From a virus: a DNA stretch of 64,000 nucleotides. Positions 30,735-40,432 of the stretch are shown here, piece by piece (positions within the stretch are counted from its first letter, which is position 1; every line of letters starts with the position of its first letter). The stretch spans positions 26,045 through 90,044 of IMG/VR virus record IMGVR_UViG_3300044818_000015, one strand, 5' to 3'. Under the pieces are notes generated by a model. The model was not told where the DNA came from, did not search any database, and saw only the letters and a list, made by a program, of their open reading frames with translations. Made by a program: the position numbers and the translations under genes.

Positions 30735-32852
30735 TTACGAGATCCCCAGTTCCACGTCCAGATAGGCGTTAATCAGGGCCTTCGGCGCATTTCCCGTCAC
30801 CGTCAACCGGAATACCCGGTCATCGGCGCTGCCGAGCTGCCAGAACACTACGCGGTCCATCGTGTTTACGGTCGACGCGGTAATCGTGAATGCCGGTCCG
30901 CCGCCCTCGAATGTATGGCCGCCGTCGTCGGACCATTCGAGCTCCACCGTCAGGGCTATTCCGCCCTTGGCTGTTTCGAGATCGAGCTGCCATTTGAGGA
31001 AGAATTGCCGCAAGCGCTCTTCGCAGATATGCGGCAGAGTGCGGAAGCACGCCATCTCGTGGCTGTCGTCGGTATAGATGGTGGGCGACAACTCGTAGAT
31101 CTTTCCGTTCTGGTAGTCGCCGATCCAGTGCTTGCCCCAGACGTAGCAGTGGCAATTGGCGCGATGCCGGTGCTCTGCCGCCGGGCCGGGCACATTGCTC
31201 CAGGAAGTGCGCTCATGCCACATGGGCTTGCCCATTTCAAGCGAGGACGTGCGGTCGTACACCCAGGTCTCATCCGCATCGGGAAAGGTGACTTGCCATA
31301 ATTCGTGGCCATCCAATCGATAGGAGAAGCCGATCGCATCCGAGGACTGCGCGAAGGTTTTCCAGTGCGCTTCGAGCGCGAACGTGGAAATGCGTTCCGG
31401 CTGATAGCCTTTGACGTAATAAGCCAGGGGCCCGCCGGCCAGGCTGCCTCCGATGAAGGCGAGTCCATCGCGAAATCCGGCTACCGACGCCGGCGCGAAG
31501 ATGCCAACGCTCATGGTCGCCCCGTCATCGCGTTGCAGCGGGAAGCTGGTTGCATCCGCCGCTGGCCCGCGCCATACTTCGCTCTTCGATTCGCCGAGGA
31601 CGTACAACTCGGAGTGGTCGGAGTAAAGAGCGCCGATATTGTCGGGGTAGGTCTCCTTGCGGGCGCTATCGAGAGGAGCGAATATGGTGCCGTCGCCCGC
31701 CGCGGAGGCCTGCATGAGCTTCGATGAGGGCGGCGCGACGATGAAATAGCTGTTGAGGAATGCCCCCGATGCGGCCTCGAGGATCGGATTCATCGCAAAC
31801 GTGTAGGTTCCGGGAGCGACGACTGTCCCGAGTTCCAGGCTTGTGGGGCTCGTCACGCTGGTCGGACTGCCCATGGATGTGCCGTCAAGCAGCAGAGTGG
31901 CCCCCACGATCCCAAAGGCGACCCCCACTCCGGCCATAGGAAACAAATCCCCTGAATCCCAGGTAAGCGTGGTGCCCGCCACCGTTGCCGTTCCGTTCAG
32001 GCCGGCAACCACGTAGAACTGCGCGAGCGATACGCCCGGGTCCGTCGCCAGATTCACGCGGTAGCCCGCGGGCGCGGGGACATTCGTCACCGTGTAGATC
32101 ACGTTATTGATCTGGATGGCGGAGCCCGCCTGCAGGGTGGGGAAAAGAGTAAGCGTGCCGGTAGCCGGACTTGCCACGTAAACCGAGTAATCGACAGCCG
32201 CGGCGTTCGTCGTCGATTCTACGGTGACCAGGGACGTCGGACTAAGGGGGAGTTTGACGTGGCAGGCCACGCCATCGATCGTGATCAGGTCGCCCGAGAT
32301 CAAGCCCGCAAAAGTCTGCCCGCTAAACCAGGACACCAACTGCCCGGCGCTGGTGACCCTTCCAATCCGGGAAAGGGTATCGGCTGTTCCGGTTATCGGA
32401 TCTCCAGACACCGGTCCGAGTCCGTTGTCGATGTAGAACCGTCCGGCGCTCACAATTCCCAGTTGATCGCCGTTCGGAAGCATCTGCACCGGCAGGCCGT
32501 CGTCGCCCACGTCGCCGCGCGCTGTGTGGTCGGCCGGTCCGCCGAGGCCGATGATGGTTCCGTCCTGGGCAATCTCGTAGAGCTTCGATCCCACCACCGC
32601 GAACATGCGCCCGCCCGAGCCGTCGAGAGGATACAGTGGGGAGCCGCCTGCCAGTAAGCCGCGTACGCCAGTGAACCCGGTTCCTAGCTGGACCAGCGCC
32701 GCGGCCAGCCCCGGGCATGAGCGCAGATAGCCGACACACTTCTCGCCGTCCACCTCCACCACTTCGGAGAACAGGTTGACGCTCCGCTGGCAGGCAACGT
32801 TCTTCGAGGCGAGCGAGTAACTGGGAGAGAGCCAGCCTTTAAATGGGGCCAT
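30735..32852 (-). CDS. tail hub / packaged DNA stabilization protein (P22 gp10-like)
   Basis: QRSVNLF.E, GHELWQVTFP.ADETWVYD, WHER, LEWSDDGGHTF, W.LG...DRVFRL motifs; contains a T/G-rich beta insertion. Confidence 0.85.
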   Translation of the reverse strand: MAPFKGWLSPSYSLASKNVACQRSVNLFSEVVEVDGEKCVGYLRSCPGLAAALVQLGTGFTGVRGLLAGGSPLYPLDGSGGRMFAVVGSKLYEIAQDGTIIGLGGPADHTARGDVGDDGLPVQMLPNGDQLGIVSAGRFYIDNGLGPVSGDPITGTADTLSRIGRVTSAGQLVSWFSGQTFAGLISGDLITIDGVACHVKLPLSPTSLVTVESTTNAAAVDYSVYVASPATGTLTLFPTLQAGSAIQINNVIYTVTNVPAPAGYRVNLATDPGVSLAQFYVVAGLNGTATVAGTTLTWDSGDLFPMAGVGVAFGIVGATLLLDGTSMGSPTSVTSPTSLELGTVVAPGTYTFAMNPILEAASGAFLNSYFIVAPPSSKLMQASAAGDGTIFAPLDSARKETYPDNIGALYSDHSELYVLGESKSEVWRGPAADATSFPLQRDDGATMSVGIFAPASVAGFRDGLAFIGGSLAGGPLAYYVKGYQPERISTFALEAHWKTFAQSSDAIGFSYRLDGHELWQVTFPDADETWVYDRTSSLEMGKPMWHERTSWSNVPGPAAEHRHRANCHCYVWGKHWIGDYQNGKIYELSPTIYTDDSHEMACFRTLPHICEERLRQFFLKWQLDLETAKGGIALTVELEWSDDGGHTFEGGGPAFTITASTVNTMDRVVFWQLGSADDRVFRLTVTGNAPKALINAYLDVELGIS

Positions 32853-32887
32853 AGTGAGTGTAGAGTTAGGGAAGTGGAGGTGCGGAC

Positions 32888-33172
32888 ATGCAAACGCTGA
32901 ATCTGGAGGCGCCGACGATGCGGCCCTATGGCCAACGGGTTGGCAAGCTAACCCGCTTTGGAGGAACGTGGCTCGATCTGGACCGGATCGAAGGCGTCGT
33001 ATTCGGGCCGGAGGACGGTTGCGGATCTGAGGTATCCCTCAGCGGAGGCGACAGACTGCACCTTTCCTTTGAAGATGCGGAATGCCTGCGGGTTTACCTC
33101 ACCGCATTCGAGTCCATTCAAAGAGACGTGGACAGCATTCCTGTAGCGTCCGGCGTAGAATCTGCGCCGTAA
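32888..33172 (+). CDS. hypothetical protein, antisense to the virion operon
   Basis: GGAGGT SD; fills the intergenic gap. Confidence 0.7.
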   Translation: MQTLNLEAPTMRPYGQRVGKLTRFGGTWLDLDRIEGVVFGPEDGCGSEVSLSGGDRLHLSFEDAECLRVYLTAFESIQRDVDSIPVASGVESAP

Positions 33173-33204
33173 GCCAACGCAGTGCGTGCCCGACGACGCA
33201 TGAC

Positions 33205-33999
33205 TTAATCGCCAGTCCGGTAATTGAAGCCGCTGCGCCCGCTCCGAATCGGCATGATCCCCGGGTTGCAGTCCATCTGCGGCGTCTGCGCGTTCAACCG
33301 TTGGATCTTCGCCAGTGCCTCGGTCGCCAGCATCACTACGCCCTCTTTGAGAGGCTTGTCCCATTCCATGGCGAGACGGATTGCCAGGTGATAGCGCACG
33401 GCATCGAGATATCCAGGCGGCACGCTGAAGGTTGTCGCTCCATCGAGAATTGCTCCCGCGATCGGCTGCCAGGAGGAAAGCCATACCAAATCGGCCGAGC
33501 TCTGCGGTACCGGCCAGAGGTTCGCGGTCGCATAGGGATAACTCGTCGCGTAGTACAGCCGCTGCGGGATCGTGCTGCCCGTGCCCGGCAGCGGGATCGA
33601 TTGAAACTGGTCGGAATTGATTACTTGCAGTTCCAGGTGCAGCGGCGATGCCGGGTTGGTCATCACCACGAGCATCGCTTTGGTGACTTTCACCGGACGG
33701 CTGGCGTCCCAGTTGCCCTGCGGCCCCACGGTGTACTGCGCCTGGCCCGCCACCAGGGCAAACGATTGTGTCAGCGTGCAGTAGGCGTTCAGCTCGTCCA
33801 CTGCCCAGGAATCGAGCATGGCGTTGAGGATAAAAAGCGCGTCCGTAAGCTCGCTATCGCTGTATCCGAATCCCGGGAGTAACTGGCCGATGCACCGGAA
33901 CGAGCTGCGTAACAGATCGCTGACCAGGACGCCGGCGCCCGCGATCGTCCCGCCGCCGGCCAGGGGTTGGTTGAATAGTGCAGTGTTAAATTCGCCCAT
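33205..33999 (-). CDS. head-tail adaptor (P22 gp4-like), copy 2
   Basis: DALFILNAMLDSW, PPGYLDAVRYHLAIRLA.EW. Confidence 0.75.
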   Translation of the reverse strand: MGEFNTALFNQPLAGGGTIAGAGVLVSDLLRSSFRCIGQLLPGFGYSDSELTDALFILNAMLDSWAVDELNAYCTLTQSFALVAGQAQYTVGPQGNWDASRPVKVTKAMLVVMTNPASPLHLELQVINSDQFQSIPLPGTGSTIPQRLYYATSYPYATANLWPVPQSSADLVWLSSWQPIAGAILDGATTFSVPPGYLDAVRYHLAIRLAMEWDKPLKEGVVMLATEALAKIQRLNAQTPQMDCNPGIMPIRSGRSGFNYRTGD

Positions 34000-34017
34000 G
34001 GTGGTGTCCTCGGGCGC

Positions 34018-36819
34018 TTAATAGGACGGATAAAACTTCGAAGTACCGGGGTCGTAGCACATTTGCATGGCCTTGCCGATGACTCCGGTGCTCGCGATCG
34101 CGATGTTGCCGGCGTTGGTGGTGGTGTAGGCCGCATCCGGGATCCAGTTGAGGCAGCCGCCCGTGAAGCCCGCAGGCAGCGTCACCGTAACAATGGCGGC
34201 CGTGCCCGTGACGTGGAACATCGCGCCAGTGGGAAGGATTGTTGCCGCGCTTGCCACGTTGGCGCCCACCAGGTTGTTGTTGTAAGTGGGCAATCCTCCC
34301 AGCCAGAGCAGGGTGCCATCGGAGTAGTAGAACGTCGGGACATTCCGCCGTGCGGCGTAGGTGTTGCCGATGGTGGCGCCGGCGGTAAAAGCAACCACCC
34401 CATCGACGGCGGTGAAGTAGCCGCTGCGTCCGGCCCAGGCGGATCCAGACGCAGGCACGGAGCCCGCCGGTCCGATGGCGGTGATCGTAGTTGTGCCGGT
34501 GATATTGAAATTGGGATTGAGGGGCATCGTCAGGGTCGCCGCGGAGGCCACCGTGCCTTGCACGTCCGAGACGCCCAGATTGAACCCCATCGTCAAGTGG
34601 GTCGGGAACGTAGCGCCGCCTAAATTGATAGCGATAGGCCCGGTGGTGAATGGTCCGGTGAAGGAAGCGCCCGAGAGATCGTTCCCGGCGATCACAACAT
34701 TGGCGCCGCCGGCCTCGGCCAGGATTCCCCAGGCTGCCTTGCTGGAATGGATGACGTTGTTGGTAATTATGGCGCTGGCCCCGTTGAGGATGATGCAGCC
34801 AATCGAGGCCGAGGACGCCTCATTGCAGTCGGTGATCGAGTTGCCTGAGATCACCGCTTGCCGCCCCTGCGCCGCATTCAACTGAATGGCGGCGTTCTTC
34901 AGGGAGCGAAAATTGTTATCGGTGATCGAAATCACTCCGAACGGCGCTCCGCCGCTTGTAGTTTGCAGGACGGCGTAATTGCAGGTTGCCGCCCCGCCGA
35001 CGTCGGAATTGTGAATATAGATGTCCCCCGCGTTGGCGCTCGCGGTGTTGGCAATTTGGAACGCGGCTCCGTTGGCGGCGCATCCATCCACCAGCAGATC
35101 ATCGATATCGATGCTGGCCAGATACCAGATGGGATACCCGGTTAATCCGCCCGGTACCATTTTTATGAACGCATCGCCGCCAGCGCCACGGACGTGCGAG
35201 ATGCCGATGCCATCAGCCGCCTGGATGTTGATGGCGACCGCGCCCGAGGTTTGTGTGGTCGCTGGGCTGATCGAGAAAATCTCGCCGTTCGTGACGGTGA
35301 TATCGGAGTTGCTTTGCAGCCCGACCGTGGCGGTGAACAGGATGGCGTCGAGCGCATGGGCCTGGTTTTGCAAGTAGAAGTTGTTGAGACTCGAATTCGA
35401 CGCGGCGTCGAACACTACTTGGTGCGGCCCGTCATAGATGCGGATGCCGTCAATGTGGCAGGAAACTTTGACGCAGTAGATGGCGGCCCCGGTCGATTGC
35501 GCGGCGGTGGTGTAGTTGTTGATGGTCAGGTTGCGGACATAGGTCTGCTTCACCGGGCTTGTGGAAGCCGTGTCCGCGATCAGCAACAGATCGCCATTGG
35601 CATGATCCTCCGGCCGGGTGATCGAATATTGCGCCCCGGTGTTCTTGCCGTCGAGCGTGAAGTTACCGAGCGGAAAGGTGACCTTCCCGTGCATCACGAT
35701 CCCGGCCTCCGGATTCAGTTCCGCCGTCCCGCCTCCATAGGTGGCGAACAGGTAACCCAGAGCTTCCTGGATCCCGCCCGTCGCACTGAGGACCGTCCAG
35801 GCGCCTGAGTGATTGTTGGCGGGCGACACCTGCACCGTCCCGGATGCCAGTCCCGAGGTACATGTGCCGCCGGCGGAGACCAGCGCTTCCGCCGTGCCGC
35901 TTCCACCGGTGATATAGAGTGTGCTGGCATAGACCCCGTTTGCCACGATTCCCACCGGGCAGGGAATCAGCGTGATGGATTGCAGCCCACCGCCGCCCGT
36001 CAGAGTGCCGCCGGGCGTTTGCACAGGGAAGTCGAAATCCGGAACGTATGCCGTGGCCGCTGTCTTGAAGGCCCCGCTAAAGGGCGTCGTGGCGTCCGCT
36101 CGGTACCGCTGAAACGGCGCCGTGCCGGTGGGAGTTACTGCCGGCAGCACACCCGAGTCCACCAATGCGCCGTCCGAGTCATACTTCGGCACCGTTCCTA
36201 CGCCCGGGGCGCTTGAAGCGGCCATCTGCACTTTCGTGGTGTTCAATCCGCGGGTGCTGCCGTTCAGTAGCGCCTGCAGGCCCAGAGGCGCGGTGACCTG
36301 GCCCGTTCCTCCTTTATTGATAGGGATCGTGGGCCCCGAGGTTGTGCCCGGGATATTGGCCATGCTCGCGCCGAGCGCCGTCTCGATGGCCTCTACTTCC
36401 ACCCGGTTCACATTGTGGTGCCACGCCGTCATGAGCACCGCAACGCAACCGTGAGGGGTCGTCCCGACGCACGTCGCGCCAGTTGAAGTATGTACGGCGG
36501 CGGTGGTGCCATCGAAGGCGCGTCCGTTGATATTCGGGCAGGCTCCGGTGGCTCCTACGTTCAGAACGTTCGCCCCTGCTACGCCGCAGATCGAGATAAT
36601 CTCCGAATCGACGCTGACCAGCATGTTGGCGACGAAGCCCGTGGTCGAGGCCACAACCAGCACTGTGTCGCCCACCAGCGTGGTCGAGGTCAGATTCGTC
36701 TGGAGCCGGTTGACGGCCACCTTGAGTTGGCTGTCGGCGGCTACCGCGGTCGGGAATTGCGCCGTCTGCGCGCAGGCCGATACTACGGCCATGACAAGTA
36801 AGAGGGCGAGGTTTCGCAT
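34018..36819 (-). CDS. beta-helix tailspike-like protein with signal peptide
   Basis: MRNLALLLVMAVVSACAQ; VEAIETALG head-binding-type motif; parallel beta-helix repeats (ISGNSI, ITNNVI, IAGNDL). Confidence 0.7.
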   Translation of the reverse strand: MRNLALLLVMAVVSACAQTAQFPTAVAADSQLKVAVNRLQTNLTSTTLVGDTVLVVASTTGFVANMLVSVDSEIISICGVAGANVLNVGATGACPNINGRAFDGTTAAVHTSTGATCVGTTPHGCVAVLMTAWHHNVNRVEVEAIETALGASMANIPGTTSGPTIPINKGGTGQVTAPLGLQALLNGSTRGLNTTKVQMAASSAPGVGTVPKYDSDGALVDSGVLPAVTPTGTAPFQRYRADATTPFSGAFKTAATAYVPDFDFPVQTPGGTLTGGGGLQSITLIPCPVGIVANGVYASTLYITGGSGTAEALVSAGGTCTSGLASGTVQVSPANNHSGAWTVLSATGGIQEALGYLFATYGGGTAELNPEAGIVMHGKVTFPLGNFTLDGKNTGAQYSITRPEDHANGDLLLIADTASTSPVKQTYVRNLTINNYTTAAQSTGAAIYCVKVSCHIDGIRIYDGPHQVVFDAASNSSLNNFYLQNQAHALDAILFTATVGLQSNSDITVTNGEIFSISPATTQTSGAVAINIQAADGIGISHVRGAGGDAFIKMVPGGLTGYPIWYLASIDIDDLLVDGCAANGAAFQIANTASANAGDIYIHNSDVGGAATCNYAVLQTTSGGAPFGVISITDNNFRSLKNAAIQLNAAQGRQAVISGNSITDCNEASSASIGCIILNGASAIITNNVIHSSKAAWGILAEAGGANVVIAGNDLSGASFTGPFTTGPIAINLGGATFPTHLTMGFNLGVSDVQGTVASAATLTMPLNPNFNITGTTTITAIGPAGSVPASGSAWAGRSGYFTAVDGVVAFTAGATIGNTYAARRNVPTFYYSDGTLLWLGGLPTYNNNLVGANVASAATILPTGAMFHVTGTAAIVTVTLPAGFTGGCLNWIPDAAYTTTNAGNIAIASTGVIGKAMQMCYDPGTSKFYPSY

Positions 36820-36842
36820 TTTAGGGGAATTCCTTTAACTGC

Positions 36843-36952
36843 TTTTTGGGTTGAACAATCTACTCGCGGGGCGCGGTGTTACCAGGAGCCGGCTTAAGCG
36901 GCCGGCGTAGAAGCTACCGGCGAAGCAACGCAGCAAACGTGCCCGAAGAAAA
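36843..36952 (-). repeat. bipartite intergenic repeat, copy 1
   Basis: AACAATCTACTCGCGGGGCGCGG.GTTACCAGG and CCGGCGTAGAA.CTACCGGCG.AGCAACG...GCCCGAAGAAA both recur at 42831-43002; second half partly at 33150-33196. Confidence 0.85.
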
Positions 36953-36957
36953 CTGTC

Positions 36958-37614
36958 TTACTGTTGTTGCGCCTGCGCGCTATGTTCGCTGGCGTTGCTA
37001 GCGCCTAAAGCCGACTTACACTGGTCGGCCACCAGCTTGATGGTGGGATCGAGCTTCCGCCCGAACTTCGGCGCCAGGTCCACTGCCAGGTTGTACAGGA
37101 TGGCCTTCAGGTATCCCGGCGGGAAGTCGAGATCGAGCGCGGTATCGGTGACCGCGGCTAACTGGCTCCATACCCACAGCGACAGTGTTTGGCCGCCGTT
37201 CGGGATCGGATAGATGCGAATAGTCCCCACCGGGTAGGCGGCGTCGTACGTGAGTGCGCGGATCCGCGAGCCGGTCAACGCCGCGTCGTCCACTAATGCC
37301 TCGAACGTCAGGGCGTCCACCGGCTTTCCGTCGTCGCTCGTTCCGCCCGCCGTGGTCGATGCCCACGCTTCGATCTTCTCCGGCCGTGTGGGGAAAGTCC
37401 CGCCGGGTCCAGCGGTGAGGGTGGCCTGTCCGTTTACCAGCGCCGCGGTCACGCGCCCTACCGAGTAGACCGCCTGCCCCGTTGCGTTCCACTCGCCCAA
37501 CAGCATATTCAGCCCTAGCAGGCTGGTTGTCCGCGCCTCGGGGCTAATTGTCTGTCCTGGGTAGCGGACGCCGAGGAGTAAGAGCGCTTCGAGAATCAGT
37601 TGATCGCCGGTCAT
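36958..37614 (-). CDS. head-tail adaptor (P22 gp4-like), copy 1
   Basis: LNMLLGEW, FPPGYLKAILYNLAVDLAPKFG. Confidence 0.75.
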   Translation of the reverse strand: MTGDQLILEALLLLGVRYPGQTISPEARTTSLLGLNMLLGEWNATGQAVYSVGRVTAALVNGQATLTAGPGGTFPTRPEKIEAWASTTAGGTSDDGKPVDALTFEALVDDAALTGSRIRALTYDAAYPVGTIRIYPIPNGGQTLSLWVWSQLAAVTDTALDLDFPPGYLKAILYNLAVDLAPKFGRKLDPTIKLVADQCKSALGASNASEHSAQAQQQ

Positions 37615-37617
37615 GGG

Positions 37618-38028
37618 TTACTCCGTTGCCGGTTTCGGCGATGGTGCGGACTTTGCCTTCTTCGAGGCGGCAGCGCGCAGCTCGAGAACTTCGGCCACTC
37701 GCTCGGCGCAGTAGCTCTGCACGTCCGCGTGGTCTTTCGCCAGCCGCGCATGCTCGGCGGTCAACGTGGCGAAGGCGTCCTGCAGACGAAGGTTCTCGGC
37801 CTTCAGCTCCCCCAGTGTCGGTTCGGCCACCGGCGCCACCAACGGGATGGGCGGGTAGGGCGTATCCCTCCACGGGCTTTCGAGCGCGCGGTCTTCGGCT
37901 TCGCCGTTCACGGTCTTGGTGCTGCCATCCGGGTGATAGCGGACGCTCGGATAGGACTGGAACACATGCGGTTTTTGCTCCAGGTAATTGATTCTGGACG
38001 CTGGTGAAAGTTGGCGGTCGGCAAACAT
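37618..38028 (-). CDS. hypothetical virion-associated protein
   Basis: FQSYPSVRYHPDG...W.DTP plus coiled coil; position after capsid genes. Confidence 0.7.
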   Translation of the reverse strand: MFADRQLSPASRINYLEQKPHVFQSYPSVRYHPDGSTKTVNGEAEDRALESPWRDTPYPPIPLVAPVAEPTLGELKAENLRLQDAFATLTAEHARLAKDHADVQSYCAERVAEVLELRAAASKKAKSAPSPKPATE

Positions 38029-38219
38029 GAGGGATTCTCTTTCTTCTTCGGGCGTGAGGGTTGGGACTGCTGGAGAGGGATGGTTTCGCCGGGTTAGGTA
38101 CTTGACGAAGCGGGCAAAATTGTCGATGCTGCTTTACTCGCAAGGCGTGTCAAGCAGCGTCCGGCGGAGACTCCGACTGGCGAGATCTTCAGGACGTGCC
38201 CGAAGAAGCAAACTCCGGA

Positions 38220-39293
38220 CTACATCTTTACGATTTCAATGCTGGCGTTCTGAATCAGTACGCTCGAATCACTGGCGCCGGTGACCACGGTCAGTTCTAC
38301 AATCTTCACTGCCGTGGTGTCGAGTGCCACGGAAGTGGTGGTAATACCGACCACGTTCAATGCGGTGAACGCGCCGGTAGTCACATGCGTGCTCGATACG
38401 ATTCCCTGCCCTACCACCGTGCCACTGGCGCCTGCGGTTCGTACGGTAACCAGAAAGTCCAGGTAGAACGGCTGCGTGGTGATGCTGGCGACGGCCGCGG
38501 CGGTGACGGTGCCCGCGATATTACCGGTAAGCGTGGTGGTTCCGATGCGGACCTTGAAAACGTCGTTGCCGGGTGAGCCCGCGGTGGTGATCGTGCCGGC
38601 TGCCGTAATTCGGAAAGTGGTTCCGGCCTGCATGAGAGTGGCGGGGACCGAGCACGCCACCACTTGCGCCTCCACGTTCACGATGGCGGCCGACTGCGCC
38701 ACAATCGACGCGCATGCGCCCGGGCTTTGGTGCTGATGGTCGCGCCTGGCGGCGATCGAGGAGGTTCCTGGAGCGCCCAGCGCGAGCGGCGTAGTCACCG
38801 CGGCCCCCACCGTATCGAACGCCTGCGTGCCGGTTTGCAGCGTATTACCGTTGACGTCGTGGACTTGCCACGCTTGCCGGTTCAGGGTGGCCACCCCGTT
38901 GGCCGGGAGTGTAATGCCCGGCAAAACCTGGAATGCGGCCGTCGCCGAGGATCCGTTCACCGCCAGCGTCACGCCGGTAACCGCGCTGCTCGTGGTGTTG
39001 GCGAGAGAAGCGAGAGACACAAAGGCCATGACGCCGTTCGGCACGGTGTAGAGCACCGAGTTCGAGGTGCCCAACACGCCTTGTGCCAGCACGCCATAGC
39101 TCGCGTTGCCGCCCGTGTTCGTGTTGACGCCAAAAATGGTGTAAGTGACCGCGCTCGCCGTGCCCGCCAGGCCTTGCAGGGTATTCCCTGCCGCCAACGG
39201 GATCGTGTCGACGCTCAAGGCGCTGCCGGGGATGTTTTGCTGCGCCATGACTATTGCGATCTGCAATAGAAAGAGAAGGGTAAGTCGTTTCAT
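38220..39293 (-). CDS. T/A/G-rich beta protein with signal peptide, virion accessory
   Basis: MKRLTLLFLLQIAIVMAQ; ARRDHQH fiber-type motif. Confidence 0.7.
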   Translation of the reverse strand: MKRLTLLFLLQIAIVMAQQNIPGSALSVDTIPLAAGNTLQGLAGTASAVTYTIFGVNTNTGGNASYGVLAQGVLGTSNSVLYTVPNGVMAFVSLASLANTTSSAVTGVTLAVNGSSATAAFQVLPGITLPANGVATLNRQAWQVHDVNGNTLQTGTQAFDTVGAAVTTPLALGAPGTSSIAARRDHQHQSPGACASIVAQSAAIVNVEAQVVACSVPATLMQAGTTFRITAAGTITTAGSPGNDVFKVRIGTTTLTGNIAGTVTAAAVASITTQPFYLDFLVTVRTAGASGTVVGQGIVSSTHVTTGAFTALNVVGITTTSVALDTTAVKIVELTVVTGASDSSVLIQNASIEIVKM

Positions 39294-39354
39294 TGGTGTG
39301 GGCCTCTTGGTGGATTGGGACTGCGACATAATTGCGAAAAAAGCGAAATAGATG

Positions 39355-39389
39355 GAAAAACGAGGCGGCCCCCGGTTGGAAGCCGCCCC
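39355..39389 (-). terminator. intrinsic terminator after coat and decoration genes
   Basis: GGGGCGGCTTCC-AACC-GGGGGCCGCCTC followed by GTTTTT. Confidence 0.75.
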
Positions 39390-39405
39390 AAGGGAAGAAA
39401 CAGGG

Positions 39406-40368
39406 TCAGTACAGGTAGAGATAGGGTCCGACCGCCGTGGTGAACGTGGAAGGAACCGTCAGCGCCGGAACTGTCCCGAACGTTGCGCCGGTCTGGCCCT
39501 TCGTCAGGATGTTGTCGTTGACTTGTGTGATCGCCATCCGGACCGTGGTCGATCCAACGGCATTGTCCTGAATGCAGCCAAAGTACTGCGCCGGGCCGGT
39601 CGCGAAGAACTTCGTGGTGAAGGCGAAGTTTTCGTAGATCGAAGCGGTTACCGACGCCGCGCCCGCAAGCGCGCTGTTAGCGAGCGGAATCCCGGCGCTG
39701 TCATAGAGGATCACGTACCGGGCATTGGCGGTCACGGTGGTGCCGTTGAGCACGCCGATCCCGGTCAGTAGTTTATTGGCAGGAAGGAAAACCTCGCTGC
39801 AATAGAGCGTCGTGGCGCCCACGGCGGTTCCGTTGGTGTTGAGCGAGGTGTAGATCGTGCCGCCAGGCTCCGGAGAATAGACATGGAAGCGGGAGGCGGT
39901 GGTAATGCCGCTTCCTCCCGCGCCATTGAGCCACAAGCCGCCCAGGCAGTCCGAGACTACGCCCGAGCGGACGTTGATGATCGGCGCGTATTGCAGGGAG
40001 GTGCGAGTGCAAGAGCCGGTCCTATTGGTCGGTCCCAGATCGAATAGTCCAGGGGGTGCGATCCAAACCGCCGCGCCCGAAACGTGCGCGGACTGGACGC
40101 CGCCCACGCCGCGCTTCACGGTCCAGACGTTGCCGGTTCCGGCGGCATTGACGTTGGCAGTGAAGGTCATATACTCGCGATCGACGTATCCGCCGGTCAC
40201 GACATTGGTGCCGGAAGCGGCGCTAACGCTGGTCGAGGAGGCCAGGTTGATGGTGTCGGTACCGCGAGTCATGGCGGCGGCGAGCGTTGTTTGAGTAGGG
40301 GGCGTCTGGGCAAAGCCGAGAGCCACCACAGCGAAAAGGCAGAGAGAGAGCTTGCTGAATTGATTCAT
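39406..40368 (-). CDS. probable capsid decoration protein with signal peptide
   Basis: Directly after coat gene and before the terminator; MNQFSKLSLCLFAVVALGFAQ; QTTLAAA...VDREYM...VKRG..G...AH.SGA.V. Confidence 0.65.
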   Translation of the reverse strand: MNQFSKLSLCLFAVVALGFAQTPPTQTTLAAAMTRGTDTINLASSTSVSAASGTNVVTGGYVDREYMTFTANVNAAGTGNVWTVKRGVGGVQSAHVSGAAVWIAPPGLFDLGPTNRTGSCTRTSLQYAPIINVRSGVVSDCLGGLWLNGAGGSGITTASRFHVYSPEPGGTIYTSLNTNGTAVGATTLYCSEVFLPANKLLTGIGVLNGTTVTANARYVILYDSAGIPLANSALAGAASVTASIYENFAFTTKFFATGPAQYFGCIQDNAVGSTTVRMAITQVNDNILTKGQTGATFGTVPALTVPSTFTTAVGPYLYLY

Positions 40369-40432
40369 GGTGATTGTTTTCCTTGGTGTGGGATAGGGCA
40401 GCGACTTAGTAAGTCCCCGCCCCTCTGGCTAG

